From positions 1 through 52,894 of the forward strand of contig CAJFCJ010000079.1 of NCBI GenBank assembly GCA_904063045.1: a stretch of 52,894 bases of DNA. Reading direction: 5' to 3'. Origin of the DNA: Dimorphilus gyrociliatus (taxonomy: Eukaryota > Animalia > Annelida). The position numbers and the translations under genes are program-made. Every line of letters begins with the position of its first letter. Positions within the stretch are counted from its first letter, which is position 1. Positions 1 through 11,947 of the stretch are shown here, piece by piece. The notes beneath the pieces were generated by a model. It saw nothing but the letters and a program-made list of their open reading frames with translations, had not been told where the DNA came from and ran no database searches.

Positions 1-290
1 AATTTTATAAAACATTTATTTATTTATATATTAAATTTTTTATTCACTAAATAACTATTTTCTTTATATTCAAGTTTTTTTATTAATAAAAAACTAATTA
101 AAGTTTTACGAGACCTTATACTTAGTCTTTAATAAAAACTTATAAAAAAATAAAAATAGGGGTTAGTAATTTTATGAAAAAATTCTTTTTACAAATATAT
201 ACTTTCAAAAACTAAACATAAGTCGTTTGTAGAATTAAACCAACTTTTTGTTTAAATGCATACGTTATTAATAATATATTATAGTTTTTA
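1..290. repeat. Dispersed repeat module X (partial copy at window edge)
   Basis: Aligns by eye to 4400-4690 and 34670-34960 (shared TTACGAGACCT(T)ATACTTAGTCTTTAATAAAAA, ATAGGGGTT, TATACTTTCAAAAA, TACGTTATTAATAA). Confidence 0.85.
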
Positions 291-759
291 ATTTTTAATT
301 TATTTTATCTATTTTATAAAATAAAAAGTTGTTTTTAAGTTCTTTTGTAATTTATAAGTATTTGAAAACCATAAAATCAGGTAATAGTTTATATACAATA
401 TTTGTTTATACTAATAAAATAAGTTAAATGTAATATTTTTAATTTTACCCTCAATCATAATATTATTATTATTAGTCTTAACAGCATAGATATTAAAATG
501 TTCTAAATATATTCAGAAAGAATAGAATACTTTTTTCTATGAGATAAGTTTTATTTAAGTGAAAAAGTCAATTTATAATAATTATCTATTAAAGTAATAG
601 TTTTTTAGTTTTTCTAACTTTACTTACACTATTTTCTTAATAAATTCCTTGCATTGTTTTGAAAAAATACATTTAAAATATTAAGATCTCAAAACTATCA
701 CAAGATTCAAATTTGTGTTTTGTTTTTATAGGTTTTATTATCAAACTTATTAAAATTTA

Positions 760-1040
760 TAATCTTAAATTAAAGTGAGATTTTAATAAATTAATTATAA
801 ATTTAGATTTTATAAAGAAAGTATAACATATGAATATAAAATTAATACAAATGTGATTTATTATAAATTTTTAATAAATTTTATATTAGCATTAGAAAAT
901 AAATAAATAAGATTTATTCTCTAACACTACAAGTTTTTTTTCTTTTAAATTTATTTATTTATTTAAATATTTCAATAGAATTATTCTCAGAGACTACTAA
1001 AAAATTTGTATTATTATATTAAGTTTTTTTAAAAATAATT
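760..1040. repeat. Dispersed repeat module Z
   Basis: Matches 32566-32860 (AAAGTGAG, TATGAATATAAA(A)TTAATACAAATGTGATTTATTATAA, TTTATTCTCTAA, ACTACTAAAAAA). Confidence 0.8.
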
Positions 1041-1049
1041 AAATCATTG

Positions 1050-1925
1050 TTTAGAAATAATAAATCATCTTCTATTTCTATTAATTAATTTTTTATTCAT
1101 TAAATATAAAAGTAAACCATCATCAACATTTCTACTAAAATAATCTTTGAAGTATTTTGTAATTGTAATATTCTGTTCTAAAAAAAGATATCTTCTTAAA
1201 ATTTTATCATCTTTAAATATTAAACATAACAATTCTTTAGCATTGAAGTTTTTTAAATAATTTAATTCTGTAATAAATTTTAAATAAATTTGATTTTTTG
1301 GTGTTTTAAATTCAATTGGTGATGTTTTATTAAAAATAAGTTCATATAAAGTTCTTTGATATAATTCATAAATTTCAGAACTAAATTCACTTTTTAAAAA
1401 ACTTTACATTCAAAGTTAATTATTTTTTGTTGTTTTCATGTAATAAAAAAATAGATCCTCTTAAATTTTTAATTCTTTTGAATTTTCAATTAATTTTATA
1501 AAAATTGTTTTTTTTCTAATTTTAAGTTGTGGGTGGTTTATACAATTTTCTTTTGGTTAAATAATTTATAAATTGTGTAAATTGTAGTTTTTTAATATTA
1601 ACTTTTTAAAATCTGTTCTAATACATTTTTTAAATTCTCTACTTAATTTTAAAATTATACTTTTTTGTTTTTTTATGTTTTTTATAAGAATTAATTGTAT
1701 TATTATTATTAAATTAAAAGTAATTAAATTATAAAAGTTATTTCATATTTGTTTATTTATTTATTAATGTATTATGTTTTTCTCTAGTAGAACGTATGTG
1801 TTCTTTTAGTACAGGAGAAGTATCTATATAGTATTTAACTAATAAGAACTGTACATTCTTATTATTATTAATATTTTTTAAACCTAAACTTCATTGATCT
1901 CTGTTATTTTGAAATCTTATAAGGG
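1050..1925 (-). pseudogene. Decayed member of an unknown lineage-specific gene family
   Basis: A CCC motif lies at about 1925 on the minus strand. There is a stop-free, coding-like frame at about 1070-1420 (EFSSEIYELYQRTLYELIFNKTSPIEFK...). The N-terminal segment NNKNVQFLLVKYYIDTSPVLKEHIRST aligns with the paralogues at about 34200 and 46550. Confidence 0.5.
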
Positions 1926-2439
1926 TGTTTTTTGAATTTTTTATAAATTTTACAGAATTTTAATATTTATTATTATTATAGTTTATGAATAAAATAAAAA
2001 AAACCTTTTTTCTTATTTAAAGTTATAAATTGAGAAAAATATATGTTTATTAAAATTAGTTCTGTTTCACGAATGTTAAAGAATTGTTGAAATAACTACT
2101 TTAATATTACAAATTTTATAAAATAGTTTTTCAATTTCAAAAACTTTCTATTAGATTTTTCATTCATTGAAGTAAAACTTTAAATATCTAAATTATAACA
2201 CTTATAAAAATATCCTTATGATTTTATAAGACCTTCTAATTATTATTAAAATAAATATTTATAAACAAAAAAAATTATAAAAATATATTTATCTTTAGAA
2301 CCTTAAAAAGCTGTTGTTTTAATAGTTTAACTTGTCTTTTTAGTATAAAATGTATACTATGTTAATTATATGTTATTATTATTATTATTATTATTTATTA
2401 TTATCTACTCTGGTATTTTTAACTTAGATTTATCAGAAT

Positions 2440-3560
2440 GAAAAGTACTTTTTTAAGTTTTATTGAAATTTCTAAGTACCTAAAAACTATAATATTAGGT
2501 TATACTTTATCAACAGAAAAAACTTGTAATAAATAAATAAACATGAACACAATATTTTTTATTTTACTCTAAAATTTTAATCAATCATAGTATTAAAAAT
2601 ATTCTTCTCATACTCTAAAACTTCTTATTTTAGTCTTAAAAATATAGTTTTTAAAAACTTCTAAAAATAGTAAAAAACGTTTGCATTAAATATTTTTTTT
2701 TTGTAATTAAATTTTATTGAAGATCAGTAATTTTTGATTTTTTATCAAATTTGAAAAAGTAATTCTTTTCTATTTATTTATATAAGATAAGAGAAAATTA
2801 TAATAAAAAGCACAGCAGTAATATACAGAATTCTTTTATTTATAGTAGAACTATAGTAGTTTAGAGTTTATTATCTTAAAAAAAAGGTGAACAGCAGTTT
2901 TTTAATCAGAAGATATAATAATCAATATTTAAAAATATACTTTCATAATGGAATTGAGCTTAAATAGTATATGTGAAGTTTGAATCATAGGCTTTCTTAG
3001 CTATATACTGAAATAAAGTATATAAACTGGTATAATGATATTTAAAAGTATCATTTGTACATTTTAATTATGTTAACCTTTTTATTAAATAGATATCTTT
3101 TTGGAGGGAGGTATCCTTGTAATGATTGATATTATCATACAAAAATATACACAATAATATATTTTAAAACACAAGTAAATATCTCTTTGATAGTAATGTA
3201 TACATATATACTAATATTGAGGTGTTTATAAAATATCTTAGGTTAAAAAAATAATTGAAAAAATTAATTAAAAATTTAATTAAACCTAACTATGAATATT
3301 GTATTTTTCAAATAAACCCTAACAATAATAAATTTATTAGTATTTTTATAACTGAATGGTATAAATTATTTAATAATAAAAATATAAATAAAAGATATTA
3401 AAAGAAGTAAATAATATTATCACTGAATATGTTTTTATATGATAAAAAAACAATAAAAACATTAAATTAATAAACGAATATAAAAAGTTTTTTTTATTAA
3501 ATGAATTCTATTCATTTCTTTTAATTTAAACTTTTTCTAATATAAATATTAAATTTATTA
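2440..3560. repeat. Dispersed repeat module Y
   Basis: Colinear similarity to 4900-5950, 8100-8290 and 10880-11420, and partly 31830-32110 (AAATTTTAATCAATCA..TATTAAAAATATTCTTCTCATACTCTAAAA, AAACGTTTGCATTAAATA, TCATAATGGAATTGAGCTTAAATA). Confidence 0.85.
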
Positions 3561-4009
3561 TTTAGTATCTTTTCTAATATACATTCTACTTCTACTAAAC
3601 CTTAAAAGTGTTCAAAAAAAACCAAAATATTCAATTTCATTTAAAAATTTAAACTTTTTCTATATTTAAAGTCATCTGAATTGAATTTATCGAAATATAA
3701 ACTAAAAAACTAGTTTAATTCTATATATCTTCTATTATGCTGTTTAATTTTTAATACAACTTGATATTTTATTCTCAGCATATCAATATTATTTATATTA
3801 TTAGTATCTTCAATTAACACCGTTAATAGATCTCTAAAGTCAACTCTATTAGTTAATTTATTTAATGAATTGAATTAATATTATTTATTATTTCTATTTT
3901 TATTTGTTTTTTTGAATTCTATTTTTTATATTTTGTATATTTATTTATTTATTCATAGTTGAGAGGATCATTATTAATCTTATTTTTTATTTTTTTAATT
4001 CTTAAATAT

Positions 4010-4800
4010 CTTAGGGTATTTTTTTTTGAAATTTTTAAAAATACAAAAAATACCATTTATGATTTATTTTAATTTTTTAATAATATAAATGTTTTTTTTA
4101 TTTATTTATAGTGAATTAATAATAATTTTGTTAACTTTAAAAAAATTGTTAAAGTTATAAATTAAGAAAAATATATGTTTTTTAAAAAAGTGTTTTGTTA
4201 AGATCTATTTAGTAGTGATAGATCTTATATCTAAAAGAAGTAATAGTCTTGATGGTTTTTTAAAAATGTTAATGTTTAGATTTTAACTACTGTTTTTTTT
4301 ACTAAACCTATAGAAAGTTTTTGAAATTTATTTTGTATAAAAAATTTAAAATATTTTTACAAAAAACTTTAAAAATAAAAATATATATAAGTTTGATTAT
4401 ATGAATTTTATAAAATATTTATTTAGTTATATATTAAGTTTTTTATTCGCTAAATAATATTTTCTTTATATCCAAGTTATTACATTAATAAAAATATAAT
4501 TAAAATATTACGAGACCTTATACTTAGTCTTTAATAAAAACTTATATAAAAATAGGGGTGAATAATTTTACAAAAAATTTCTTTTTACCAATTATATACT
4601 TTCAAAAATTTGAAATAATCGTTTGTAGAATTAGACATGCGTTTTTATTAAATACATTACGTTATTAATAACATATTATAATTTTTAATTTTTTAATTTT
4701 TTAATTTTTTTTATTCATGTAAATTAATAATAATCATAAAAAGTTAAAAATTATTATTTCAATAGTTTTGTTTGTCTTTACCTGTTAAATAAAAATATAT
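4010..4800. repeat. Dispersed repeat modules W+X
   Basis: About 650 bp colinear with 34410-35075 (GATCTATTT.GTAGTGATA.ATCTTATATCTAAAA; TTTTAACTACTGTTTTTTTACTAAACCTATAGAAAGTTTTTGAAATTTATTTTGTATAAAAA). Partial W copies occur at 1920-2060, 7380-7680 and 46690-46800. Confidence 0.9.
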
Positions 4801-4899
4801 TGATTTTTTTATAAATTACAAAGTACTATTTCATCTTTTTCTCTTGAAATAAAAAATAAATAACTAATAAAGATCTGTATATATAATATTATTACAGGA

Positions 4900-5950
4900 T
4901 GTTATTTTTTTGGTGTAAACTATAAAATATCACTTTTTCATTAAAAGTTTTTAAAAAATAATCAAAAAGTGATGATATTAAATTGGAGTTTATATAACAA
5001 AAATACTTATATTGAAGACATAAACAAAAGTTATGTTTTTTAATTTCACCTGAAATTTTAATCAATCACACTATCAAAAATATTCTTGTCATACTCTAAA
5101 AATTGTTATTTTAGTCTTAAAAGTATAGGTTTTATAAACTTCTAAAAATAATAAAAAACGTTTGCATTAAATATTTTTTTTGTTGTGAAATTGAATTTTA
5201 TTAAAAATCAGTAAATTTCGATTTTTCATCAAATTTATAAAAATAATTATTTTCTATTTATTTATATAAGATAAGAGAAGATTATTATACAGTATTTATT
5301 TTTATTGTAAAACTACAGTAGTTTAGAGTGTAGTTAGGTGACTGACATATAGTTAATAAGGAGATATAATAAATAGTATCTCAATATTTAACAATATACT
5401 TTCATAATGTAATTGAGCTTAAATAATCCGTAATGGATAACCAAGTATATGTAAGAGGTGGTAGAAGCATGGACTTTTTTTTAGATAAATACAAAAATAT
5501 AATATAGAATAACTTATAATAATTTTTAAAAGTATCATTTATAAACTTTAATTATGTTAGAATATTTTTTTAAATAGATACCTTTTTGAAGTGAGGTATC
5601 ATTTCAATGATTTATATTATCATACGAAAATATACAGAATAACATATTTAATATATTAACCTATTAATAAATATATTTAGGTTCATAAAGTATCTTCTAC
5701 TGGAAATAAAACAAAATTTTAGTAATTTACATTTAATTAAAAACAACTCTAAAGGTTTAACATTAATAAATTTATCAAGAATAGAATAGAATGTATAAAT
5801 GATTAAATAATAAAAATATTAAAAGAAGTGACTAATATAATTACAGAATATATTTTATTTGATAAAAAATTAATTAAACTATTAAAAAACATTATGAATA
5901 ATATAAAACATTTTTTTATTAACCTTTTCTATTCATCTCTTTTAATATTT
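4900..5950. repeat. Dispersed repeat module Y, second copy
   Basis: Colinear with 2560-3560 and 10880-11420. Confidence 0.85.
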
Positions 5951-6212
5951 ATATTAAATTATTTTTTAAATATTATTTTTTAAATTACAAATTAATAAAT
6001 TAAAATTATTTTTTACAAAATTTGATTTTATTTATTATTATTTACTTTTGAACTTTTAATAATATATATATAAAACTTAAATTTGATTCTATTAATGTAC
6101 AAATTAGTAAGTTTAAATATTTAGGTTATGAATTAAATTGAAACAAATATTAATCATTAAATTTATAATTAAACTAAAAACCAAAAACTTCAATTTTATT
6201 GGTTTATAACTA

Positions 6213-6453
6213 ATATACAAAAATTCTAGTTCTTTATAATTTATAAAATTTAAGCTTGTTTTTAGATTACTTATATTTTTATAAACCAATATAACTAATA
6301 TATACAAAAATTCTAGTTCTTTATAATTTATAAAATTTAAGCTTGTTTTTAGATTACTTATATTTTTATAAACCAATATAACTAATATATACAAAAATTC
6401 TAGTTCTTTATAATTTATAAAATTTAAGCTTGTTTTTAGATTACTTATATTTT
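6213..6453. repeat. 87-bp tandem repeat, about 2.8 identical copies
   Basis: AAGCTT occurs at 6252, 6339 and 6426 (87-bp spacing). The array gives the 29-aa repeat in ORF 6113..6478. Confidence 0.95.
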
Positions 6454-6489
6454 GGTTAGTTATTATTATTACTCTCATATATTTTTATT

Positions 6490-7320
6490 TATTTATTTCT
6501 TTTAATTCTCAATGTTTAATTATTTAAGTTCTAATTTATTATTTATTAATTCTCAATGTTTAATTGTTTAAATTCTAATTTATTATTTATTAATTCTCAT
6601 ATATATTTAATTATTTAAGTTCTAATTTATTATTTATTAATTCTCAATGTTTAATTGTTTAAGTTCTAATTTATTATTTATTAATTCTCATATATATTTT
6701 AATTGTTTAAATTCTGATCTATTTCTTTTAATTCTCAATATTTAATTGTTTAAATTTTAATTCTATTATTTATTAATTCTCATATATATATTTTAATTAT
6801 TTAAGTTCTAATCTATTTCTTTTAATTCTCATATATATATTTTAATTATTTAAGTTCTAATCTATTTCTTTTAATTCTCATATATATATTTTAATTATTT
6901 AAATTCTAATTTATTTCTTTTAATTCTCAATGTTTAATTGTTTAAATTCTAATTTATCATTTATTAATTCTCATATTTAATTATTTAAATTCTAATTTAT
7001 TTCTTTTAATTCTCATGTTTAATTGTTTAAATTCTAATTTATCATTTATTAATTCTCAATATTTAATTATTTAAATTCTAATCTATTTCTTTTAATTCTC
7101 AATGTTTAATTATTTAAGTTCTAATTTATTATTTATTAATTCTCATATATATTTTAATTGTTTAAATTCTGATCTATTTCTTTTAATTCTCAATATTTAA
7201 TTGTTTAAATTTTAATTCTATTATTTATTAATTCTCATATATATTTTAATTATTTAAATTCTGATCTATTTCTTTTATTCTCATATATATTTAATTATTT
7301 AAGTTCTAATTTATTATTAT
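6490..7320. repeat. AT-rich minisatellite, about 18-19 units of about 41-49 bp
   Basis: Recurrent unit TTAATTCTC(AATG/ATATAT)TTTAATT(G/A)TTTAA(A/G)TTCTAAT(T/C)TATT. Unit length varies through an (AT)n tract. Confidence 0.95.
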
Positions 7321-7379
7321 TAAATTTTTTAATTCATTATTAATCTTTATTTTTTATTTTCTTTAATTTTTAAATCAAC

Positions 7380-7680
7380 TTAGGGGCATTTTTTTTTAAA
7401 TTCTTAAAAATGCTAAATAATATCATTCATGATTTATTCTGATTTTTTAATAATATAAATGTCTAGTATTATTTATTTATATTAGTTAAATATGTTTTTT
7501 TATTATCTTTAAAAATTTATTTAAAGTTATAAATAAAGGAACATATATGTTTTTTCGAAAATGGATTTGTTAGGATCTATTTAGTAGTAATAGATCTTAA
7601 TATCTAAAAGTAGTAATGATCTTGATGGGATCTAAAAATAAGATGTGTTTAAAACTTTAAAGAGTACTATTATTATTAAC
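7380..7680. repeat. Dispersed repeat module W copy
   Basis: Matches 4010-4300. It starts with TAGGGGCATT, the reverse complement of a CCC promoter-type motif. Confidence 0.8.
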
Positions 7681-8430
7681 CTATAGATTATCTTAAATTT
7701 TATTTCTCTAATAGTGCTAAAAGAAGAGGTAAAACAAAAATTATAAAAATAATAATAATAATAAATTTTCATCTAATTTTATTTTTCTTAAAGTAGTTTG
7801 GTAAGTTCAAAAAAAAATTAAATTTTTCATATGGTGAATAATGTTTTTATATCCAATTTATAAAATTGGTAAAGTTTTCTATAATTTTATGAAATCCTCA
7901 TAATTACTCGGCAATAATAATAATAATAATAAATAAATAAATTTTATAAAATATTTAATTTAAAAATATATGTATATGTATTCAAAATCTTAAATTACAA
8001 TCTTATAAAGCCTTTGACTTGTATTTTTTTTATAGATAGATACTTCACTAACTATATTATTATTGTTATTAATTTTTTTAATACAGAAAAGAAGAACTAC
8101 CTTGTTTAATTTTTGTTGAAGTTTCTAAGTACCTAAACCTCATAATGTTAGGTAATAATTCATAAACAAAAAAATTATACGAATGAATTAAAAATGAATT
8201 CAATTTAATTTATTTTACTCTGAAATTTTAATCCATCATAATATAAAAAATATTATTCTCATACTTTAAAACTAACCTTATTTTGAATAGAATAGAATAG
8301 TTTTTGAATAATCTTAAAATTGTAAAAACCTATGGTTTAAAATAAAAATAATTTTCTTTGTTGTGTAATAGATTTTATTTAAAACTAAAAACAAAACAAT
8401 AAGTACCATTATTATTATTATTATTATTAT

Positions 8431-9741
8431 TAATAAACTCCTCGCATTATTTTTAGTTTTTAGATAAATATTTTTTTCTTTTAGTAAAAACTTCGCATTA
8501 CGTTTCTTCCTTAGTAAACTCCTCGCATTATTTTTATTTTTTAGACAAATATTTTTTATCTTTTAATAAATTCCTCGCATTACGTTTCTTCCTTAGTAAA
8601 CGTCTCGCATTATTTTTATTTTTTAGACAAATATTTTTTATCTTTTAATAAACTCCTCGCATTACGTTTTTTTCTTTAATAAACTCCTCGCATTATTTTT
8701 ATTTTTTAGACAAATATTTTGTTTCTCTTAGTAAAATCCTCGCATTACGTTTTCTTCCTTAGTAAAATCCTCGCATTACGTTTTTTTCTTTAATAAATTC
8801 CTCGCATTACGTTTTTTCTCTTAATAAATTCCTCGCATTACGTTTCTTCCTTAATAAACGTCTCGCATTATTTTTATTTTTTAGACAAATATTTTGTTTC
8901 TCTTAGTAAAATCCTCGCATTACGTTTTTTTCTTTAATAAACGTCTCGCATTATTTTTATTTTTTAGACAAATATTTTGTTTCTCTTAGTAAAATCCTCG
9001 CATTACGTTTTCTTCCTTAGTAAATTCTCGCATTACGTTTTTTTCTTTAATAAATTCCTCGCATTACGTTTTTTCCTTAGTAAAATCCTCGCATTACGTT
9101 TTCTTCCTTAATAAATTCTCGCATTACGTTTTTTCTTTAGTAAATTCCTCGCATTACGTTTTTTCTTTAATAAACGTCTCGCATTATTTTTATTTTTTAG
9201 ACAAATATTTTCTTTCTCTTAGTAAAATTCTCGCATTACGTTTCTTCCTTAGTAAATTCCTCGCATTACGTTTTTTCTTTAATAAATCTCGCATTATTTT
9301 TATTTTTTAGACAAATATTTTCTTTCTCTTAGTAAATTCCTCGCATTACGTTTTTTCTCTTAATAAATTCCTCGCATTACGTTTTTTCTCTTAATAAATT
9401 CCTCGCATTACGTTTTCTTCCTTAATAAAATCCTCGCATTACGTTTTTTTCTTTAATAAATCCTCGCATTACGTTTTTTTCTTTAATAAATTCCTCGCAT
9501 TACGTTTTCTTCCTTAATAAAATCCTCGCATTACGTTTTTTCCTTAATAAATTCCTCGCATTACGTTGCTTCCTTAGTAAATCCTCGCATTACGTTTCTT
9601 CCTTAGTAAAATCCTCGCATTACGTTGCTTCCTTAGTAAAGTCTCGCATTACGTTGCTTCCTTAATAAAATCCTCGCATTACGTTGCTTCCTTAGTAAAC
9701 GTCTCCCATTATTTTATGGATAACCTTCTCGCATTATTTTT
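8431..9741. repeat. Bipartite minisatellite with CTCGCATTA core (about 30-31-bp and about 52-bp units, roughly 35-38 units)
   Basis: The short unit is CTCGCATTACGTTT(C/T)TT(C/T)CTTA(G/A)TAAA(A/T)TC and the long unit is CTCGCATTATTTTTATTTTTTAGACAAATATTTTGTTTCTCTTAGTAAAATC. An (ATT)n microsatellite precedes the array. Confidence 0.95.
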
Positions 9742-10879
9742 AAAACCCAATCCAAAAACCAAAAAGGTCTCAAAATTGCTTTAGGTTCAAAAAACCACTG
9801 AATCCATAACATATTTTTTTCGGTAACATATTATATTTTATTTTTCTAACAAAACTCTACTTTCTTGATTTCTTTTCCTAAGTATAATATATGAAACTTA
9901 TCTTCAGCAACCAATTTAGAACTGATATATTTAAAATTAGAAGTTTTTACTTCTCTAAGTTTCTTTCCTGTATCACTGAACTGGGGTCCTAAAATTGTAC
10001 CTTTATTGTTTATACTTGTGTAATAGCCCATAGATTCATAAAATAAAGGATTAAAAACGCAACTTTATCTAAAATATGGGTATAAAAGAGTTTATCACAA
10101 GAGATCCCATTCCTAGCATAGGATCACAATCTTTACCATCATTTAATTTATTGTTTATTGTATTAAGTAAGTTTTTGAACCATTCTGAGTCTATAAGCGT
10201 TTATTGGCTAAGCTCTAAATTAAATATCTAGATTTAAGATGAATATTGAATAGAAATTAATTTTAAAGTTATTATTATTCTATAAATAAACAATATATTA
10301 TTAGATAATCTGACTTCTTACTATAATTTTTTATTATCATATCTCTCAATTAGTGAAAGAAAGTTTAAGATAGGTTATTTTCAAAGTTTTTACTATACAA
10401 TTATTTGTGTTTCTACACATATTGAGTTTTAAAAAAATAAATTTAAATTAATTAATTACTAGTAGCAGATCAAAAACCTAAACATCGATAAGATTATCTT
10501 TCTCTTTACTAAAACCACTGAACTGCCTAGTGAGAAGGAATTGTTTCCATATATCTATACTATTAGTATTATAATGATATTAATAATATTATTCATTTCC
10601 AAAAAAGTTGTTTTCTAGGAAAACTACACCTGGTCTATTTTGTATTAATTTTATAAACATTATTAAGTTCTATAAAAAAAATTAAAGTTATATTATCTAT
10701 TAAATAATATCTAAACTTTATATATCAAATTTATTAAATTATTTCTAATTCTCTTACAAAAATAATATTCTAAAAAACACAAAACCTTCTGATAATGTAT
10801 AATTTAATTTCAATAACATTAGTGACTATAATATTTTATTATATATTCACGTACATTACAGTTTTAAAATTTGTTTAAA

Positions 10880-11420
10880 ATAAGTTTTATTTATTTATTT
10901 TGATAAAAGTTTTAAAAAATAATCAAAAATAAATGATATTAAATTAGTGTTTCTATAACAAAAACACTTATAATGAAGACTTAAACAAAAGTTATTTTTT
11001 TTAATTTCACCTGAAATTTTAATCAATCATAGTATTAAAAATATTCTTCTCATACTCTAAAAATTATTATTTTAGTCTTAAAAGTATAGGGTTCAAAAAC
11101 TTCTAAAAATAGTAAAAACCGTTTGCATTAAATATTTTATTGTTGTGAAATTAAATTTTATTAAAGATCAATAATTTTTGATTTTTCATTAAATTTGAAA
11201 AAAGAATTCTATTCCTTTATATGAGATAAGAAAAAATTATAATAGAAAGTTTCTATAGTGAATAAAATATAGAATTCATATTATTATTATTATCTCTGAA
11301 ATAACTAGAATATAGTTAATTAGAAGATTTAATTATTAATATATCACTTATTGAAACTATAATTTTATAATGGAATTTTGGTTAAATAACAATAGAGGAT
11401 GACCGGATAGATGATGATGA
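10880..11420. repeat. Dispersed repeat module Y, further copy
   Basis: Near-colinear with 4940-5440 (AAAAGTTTTTAAAAAATAATCAAAAA ... TTTAATTTCACCTGAAATTTTAATCAATCA). Confidence 0.85.
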
Positions 11421-11947
11421 TGATGTAAGATGAGTTTTAACTGAAGCTTTCATAGCTATATAGAATAATAAAACACATAAATTTTTATAATTTAGTGAGT
11501 AATAGTATAATAGAAAAAACTTATAGTGTTAATAAAAGGTTTTATATTTTTTTATTTGTTTAATAATTTTTTTGACCAAACCAAACTCTTTTAAAGGTGT
11601 AATTCTTTCAATAGACTCCTTAAAAAATAAAATTTCTTTAGGAAAACAAAAAAACCTAACATCGGGAGTCAGTCTTTTTTAAGTTTCTATCTAATTTTTA
11701 TTACAAAAACTTGTATTTCAGCACTACATCTTTCTCAAGTTTCAAGAAATAGATGAAGCAATTCCTTATAGATAAGTCTAATACAAATAGTTTTGTCTAT
11801 TACTTCTTGATGAGACTTAGGAAAGTACTCTAGATTATATTTGTATTGGGGGTTAAAGATTTACACCCACGACCTACTATAGTTATAGTTTTAGTAACGT
11901 CATGAATTTATAAAAGAGCCAGTAAACCAGAAATATTAATTTATTGA

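Noticed and set aside
8431-9741. CRISPR-like array (constant core with variable intervening sequence)
   Set aside because: The intervening sequences are variants of each other rather than unique spacers, there are no cas genes, and the context is eukaryotic.
8431-9741. Minus-strand coding of a basic repeat peptide (RKQRNARILL)n
   Set aside because: The 30-bp units translate cleanly, but the long unit is consistently about 52 bp and many short units are 29 or 31 bp. No frame persists and no start or ORF links to it.
9846-10031. 61-aa ORF as a standalone gene
   Set aside because: It has no recognisable motif and looks like one surviving frame of a longer decayed minus-strand sequence (about 9850-10800) that I cannot assign.
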